A stretch of 64,000 nucleotides of DNA from an uncultured Methanomicrobiales archaeon (GTDB lineage: Archaea; Halobacteriota; Methanomicrobia; Methanomicrobiales; JACTUA01). The notes beneath the pieces are model-generated. The model did not search any database, was not told where the DNA came from, and was given only the letters and a program-made list of their open reading frames with translations. This document shows, in pieces, positions 60,835 to 64,000 of the stretch. The stretch spans positions 5,024 through 69,023 of the forward strand of contig CAVQHA010000011.1 of the NCBI GenBank assembly GCA_963712215.1, read 5' to 3'. A program made the position numbers and the translations under genes. Position 1 is the stretch's first letter; every line of letters begins with the position of its first letter.

Positions 60835-61150
60835 ACGGACTTGCCTGACAAGGGTTCCCTTCAAAGGATGATTTTTCACCTGTAAGCAAAGGCCTTCCGA
60901 CGTTGAACGGACTTCGGCCTGACAAAGGGTTCCGCTGTCGGAGGATGATCTTTCACCTGTAAGCAAAGGCCTTCCGACGTTGAACGAACTCGTCTAAAAT
61001 AAGGTTCCCTTCGGAGGATGATCTTTCACCTGTAAGCAAAGGCCTTCCGACGTTGAACGGACTCGGCTGAAAAGGGTTCGCGTCGGAGGATGATCCGCTT
61101 CATCTGCAGGGGAAGGCCTTCAGATGATGATCTGCTTCACCTGCGGGAGG
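60818..61150. repeat. Tandem about 74-nt repeat, 4 full copies plus 1 partial, between convergent HD and ACT-regulator genes
   Basis: GCCTTCCGACGTTGAAC starts at 60820, 60892, 60969 and 61042 (partial at 61116). Each unit ends GGAGGATGATCTTTCACCTGTAAGCAAAG. Copy 1 contains the HD-gene stop. The last copy contains the ACT-gene stop. Confidence 0.9.
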
Positions 61151-61620
61151 GCGCGGATCTCCTCGAAAAGGCCGGGTGGGATCTTCTCGTCGATGATGAC
61201 AACGAGCTTCGGGGCCTCCGAGAAATAGGGATCGGTGACGAAGATCTGGCGGATCGTGAGGTTTCGCCGGGCAACGACCCTCATAACGGCGCTCACGATC
61301 CCCTTCTCCTGGGCGTTCTTCGGGATGACCGTGAAGGCGGAAAGCCCCAGCCCCTCGGCGACCCGGGAGAGGTCAGGGGTGGCCCGCATGTTCCGGAAGA
61401 CCGGGGCAAGGGCTTCGAGGGAGAGGATCCTCTTCGCCGTGGCATCTACCACCCGCCGGTCGGCCCCGATGGTTGCTGCGATGTGGGTGGCCGGGATCTC
61501 CACGCCGTTCGCCACCACCTTTCCATCGTCGTTCACCCCGAAGCCGTTCTCAAGGAGGAATTTCGCCACCCGGCCCTGGGCGGGAGAGTCGGCGAACTCC
61601 TTCATGATGAGGGACCACAT
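61120..61620 (-). CDS. ACT-domain regulator of amino-acid metabolism (COG2150 family)
   Basis: MWSLIMKEFADSPAQGRVAKFLLENGF.V...G.V..NGVEIPATHIA...G.DRRVVDATAKRIL......VF.NMR.TPDLS.VAE.LGLS..TV.PKNA..KGIV...........L.IRQIFVTDPY.SE.PKLV.IIDEK. Confidence 0.8.
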   Translation of the reverse strand: MWSLIMKEFADSPAQGRVAKFLLENGFGVNDDGKVVANGVEIPATHIAATIGADRRVVDATAKRILSLEALAPVFRNMRATPDLSRVAEGLGLSAFTVIPKNAQEKGIVSAVMRVVARRNLTIRQIFVTDPYFSEAPKLVVIIDEKIPPGLFEEIRALPQVKQIII

Positions 61621-61771
61621 ATGGAAGAAGCATTGGCGTTGTATAGTAATATACATCCATGCCCCGAACCATCCACGGTTGCCGATCGGGCCCAAGGGTC
61701 GGAACCTTATCCGCCCGTGTTGGGTGACGAAGGAGAAGATTCTTGTAATCCACGGGTAAAGGTATTTACGC

Positions 61772-61856
61772 GCGAGGGTTGCCAAGCCAGGTCAAAGGCG
61801 CTGGCTTGAGGGGCCAGTCTCGAAGGGGTTCGTGAGTTCAAATCTCACCCCTCGCA
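61772..61856 (+). tRNA. tRNA-Leu (anticodon GAG), class II with long variable arm
   Basis: GCGAGGG-TT-GCC-AAGCCAGGTCAAA-GGC-G-CTGGC-TTGAGGG-GCCAG-(variable TCTCGAAGGGGTTC)-GTGAG-TTCAAAT-CTCAC-CCCTCGC-A. No encoded CCA. Confidence 0.85.
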
Positions 61857-61889
61857 TCCGTCATTTCTTCCAGACCTCCCCGGGAGAAG

Positions 61890-62600
61890 TTATCTCTTCA
61901 TTGCCAGTCTCTTCCATTCCTCCGGCATCTTCTCAATCGCGTACCTGAGCATCGTCCGCGGCATCACCTTCTTCCTGGCCATCACGTACTCGAACACCTC
62001 CCTCGCATGGGTCCTGCTCGCCTCCTTGAGCATCCATCCGCAGCCCTTCTGCACCAGGTCTTCCTCGTCCCCGAGTAAAAGATCGGCGATCTCCAGGATC
62101 TCGGGGAGGAACATACCCTTCCTCGCTGGAAGGATCAGGGTAACCGCGGAGGCCCGCCGGAACCATCGGTTTCCAGATCCCGTCCAGGCCTTGAGGGTTA
62201 CGAGGGTGGCAGGAAACCGCTCGACGAAGGCACCGAGGGCATGGTTGCAGAACGTGTCGCACTTTGCCCAGTTATTGACGTACTTCCCGATCCAGCTCTC
62301 AAAGAGCGCGAGATCATCGGGTTCATACTGCTCCCTGAGACGGTACACCCAGTCAGACGCGATAAAAGCCTCCTCACAATAATCCGAGGCGAACAATGTC
62401 TCGCAGAGTGCGAATATCTCCCGCTTCGCCCTGCCCTTCACCCGGTTGAAATACGCGAGGGAGATCTTCCTCACATCGGCAGATTTCACGCCGTAGCAGA
62501 GCACATCCTCCCTGAAGAACCGCTGGTAGTTCATCCGGTTCTTCCGGTCCACGCTTTGCTTCAGGTCATAACGGAGCGCCGCAAGGATCTCGTCGTCCAT
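61890..62600 (-). CDS. DNA alkylation repair protein (AlkD-like HEAT-repeat family)
   Basis: Intact 236 aa. ...YQRFFREDVLCYGVKS..VRKI..., ...WIGKYVNNWA.CD.FC..., ...RWFRRASAVTLI..., ...LVQKGCGWMLKE.... Confidence 0.8.
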   Translation of the reverse strand: MDDEILAALRYDLKQSVDRKNRMNYQRFFREDVLCYGVKSADVRKISLAYFNRVKGRAKREIFALCETLFASDYCEEAFIASDWVYRLREQYEPDDLALFESWIGKYVNNWAKCDTFCNHALGAFVERFPATLVTLKAWTGSGNRWFRRASAVTLILPARKGMFLPEILEIADLLLGDEEDLVQKGCGWMLKEASRTHAREVFEYVMARKKVMPRTMLRYAIEKMPEEWKRLAMKR

Positions 62601-62914
62601 CCCGGTTCCTTTTCGTTTCCAGGTTTAATTATATACAGATGTGGCAGCCCGGCTTATCATATCTCCAGCACTCGGGATGAGCGATTTTCCCCCAGGGGAG
62701 ATTACCCTCCCTGGACCCGGGTCTGCGCAGGAAGCGATATTCTTCTCCGGACCTCCATTCGCCTTCCCGGCCCTTCCTGGTGTGTTCCTCGCCCCGCGAG
62801 AGGATCCTCCCGGAGGTTCCTCCATAATACCCAATATTATAACTTAAAAACCATTGATCTCAAGAAATATTACCTAAATCAAAACGAGTTGTTTTATATA
62901 GCATCATAAGAGAA

Positions 62915-64000
62915 TTGATGCATATGTCGGCTCGGATTTTCCTTACCCTTCTCTGCCTTGCCCTCCTTCTCCCGGTTGTCTGGTGCGTCCAGGCTGCCGA
63001 GTTCCAGGTCACCAATAACGCCGCGGATCAAACGTCCCCGGCGATCTGGGAGGGGAGGATTGTGTGGACAGATGCCAGGAACAAGAACCTGGATGTATAC
63101 ATGTATGACACGAGCACGGGGAACGAGACCCGGATCACGAAAGGCCCGAAGGACCGGAAATCCCCGGCAATATGGGAGAATACCATTGCAGCCGTGGACC
63201 TGACCTACGGAAGCCCTGACATCTATGTCTATAACCTCATCACCAGGTCCGGGCGCGTGATCGTCACCGGCGCGACCAACCAGAAGTTCCCCCGGGTATC
63301 GGGGACTTTCATCGCCTGGGAGACCTCGAGGAACGGCGATAACGATATCGCGGTATATAATACCACCGATTTCCGGCAGGTAAGGCTCCCGACCACCGGA
63401 GCCGGTCCCGGCGCTCTCCGCCCTCTGGAATGACCGGATGGTGTGGACGGATACAAGCAGCGGGACGAGCAGCATCCATCTCTATGACCTCTCGACAAAG
63501 ACAGAAACCCGCCTGACCAATGACACCTCGAGCCAGTTCAATCCCTGGATGTACGAAGATCTCGTGGTCTGGCAGGACAACAGGAACGGGAACGACGATA
63601 TCTACCTCTACAACATCACGAGCGGGATCGAGAAGAGGATCACATCGGATCCGGCCGACCAGCGGAACCCGCGCGTCTGGGGCGACAGGATCGTCTGGGA
63701 GGATTACCGGAACGGGAATCCCGATATCTACCAGTACACCATCTCCACCGGGAAGGAAGAAGCCCTGACCAGCGACCCGGCAATCCAGCGCTCTCCCGCG
63801 ATCTGGGGGGACACCGTCGTCTGGGAAGACCACCGGAACGGGAATGCCGATATCTACATGTGGGAGGCCGGGGCCCCGGCGGTCGCACCAGCGGCCCCGG
63901 GAGGCGCGGGAAACCAGCCCGCCCCTACGCCTATGCCCCTGCCAGAGATCCTGCCTCTCATCGCGGCAGTACTCCTTCTCGTATCGGTCCGCCGGCGCTA
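62915..64000 (+). CDS. Secreted beta-propeller repeat surface protein with archaeosortase-type C-terminal sorting signal; frame change near 63400; reaches the window end
   Basis: Signal peptide MSARIFLTLLCLALLLPVVWCVQA. At least 6 repeats of the pattern P.IWgdrIVW.D.RNGN.DIY.Y. Pro/Ala linker, then PLPEILPLIAAVLLLVSVRRR (motif, TM, basic cluster) in the last codons of the window. Confidence 0.75.

Noticed and set aside
60677-60966. Two overlapping minus-strand ORFs with internally repetitive peptides (…SPFNVGRP…)
   Set aside because: They are read-through of the 74-nt tandem DNA repeat. The periodic peptide simply reflects the DNA period, and there is no start or RBS context.

Overview
High-GC (about 60%) archaeal chromosome segment. 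The gene content points to a formate- or H2-using methanogen of the Methanomicrobiales type: mch, fdhAB, fdhC, SepCysS, aTrm56, TBP/TFE/TFS, Orc1/Cdc6, an archaeosortase and DUF1628-type pilins. Reading left to right: a Co/Ni ECF transporter tail (cbiM plus a PDGLE protein), a geranylgeranyl reductase, pth2-truD, sppA, a riboflavin-pathway reductase, a CDP-alcohol phosphatidyltransferase, LemA, an archaeosortase, TFS, an RDD protein, AMP-forming acs, tbp, an ArsR-like regulator, rpiA, surE, an ATP-grasp plus hydantoinase-like cofactor pair, fdhA-fdhB, and a ClC channel. Then come a four-gene archaeal pilin/adhesin cluster, an HTH-PAS regulator divergent from fdhC, a TPR protein, a complete mre11-rad50-nurA-herA cluster, SepCysS, tRNA-Val and mch. 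A long minus-strand nitrogen-acquisition block follows: ureA-B-C, an unknown orf, ureE-F-G-D, a urea transporter and amt. After that: orc1/cdc6 with two unknown upstream genes, a fused ADP-forming acetyl-CoA synthetase, a YyaL-like thioredoxin-domain protein, UPF0280, an orphan DUF4255 (Pvc16-like) gene, aTrm56, an ATP-grasp protein, tfe, an HD protein, an ACT regulator, tRNA-Leu, an AlkD-like protein, and a secreted beta-propeller protein with a sortase-type C-terminus. I found no transposase, integrase, CRISPR array or cas gene. About 50 conserved genes are broken by single-nucleotide frame shifts, which look like assembly indels rather than decay, so I give gene spans as reconstructed full genes. 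The most unusual non-coding signals are two tandem arrays of hairpin modules sitting exactly between convergent gene ends, built from copies of both genes' last codons. One array shows compensatory stem substitutions. Other non-coding signals are a dispersed GC-rich hairpin repeat family and an 11-nt motif (GGCATATYCTT) fused to the TATA-like box of the urease operon and both pilin operons.
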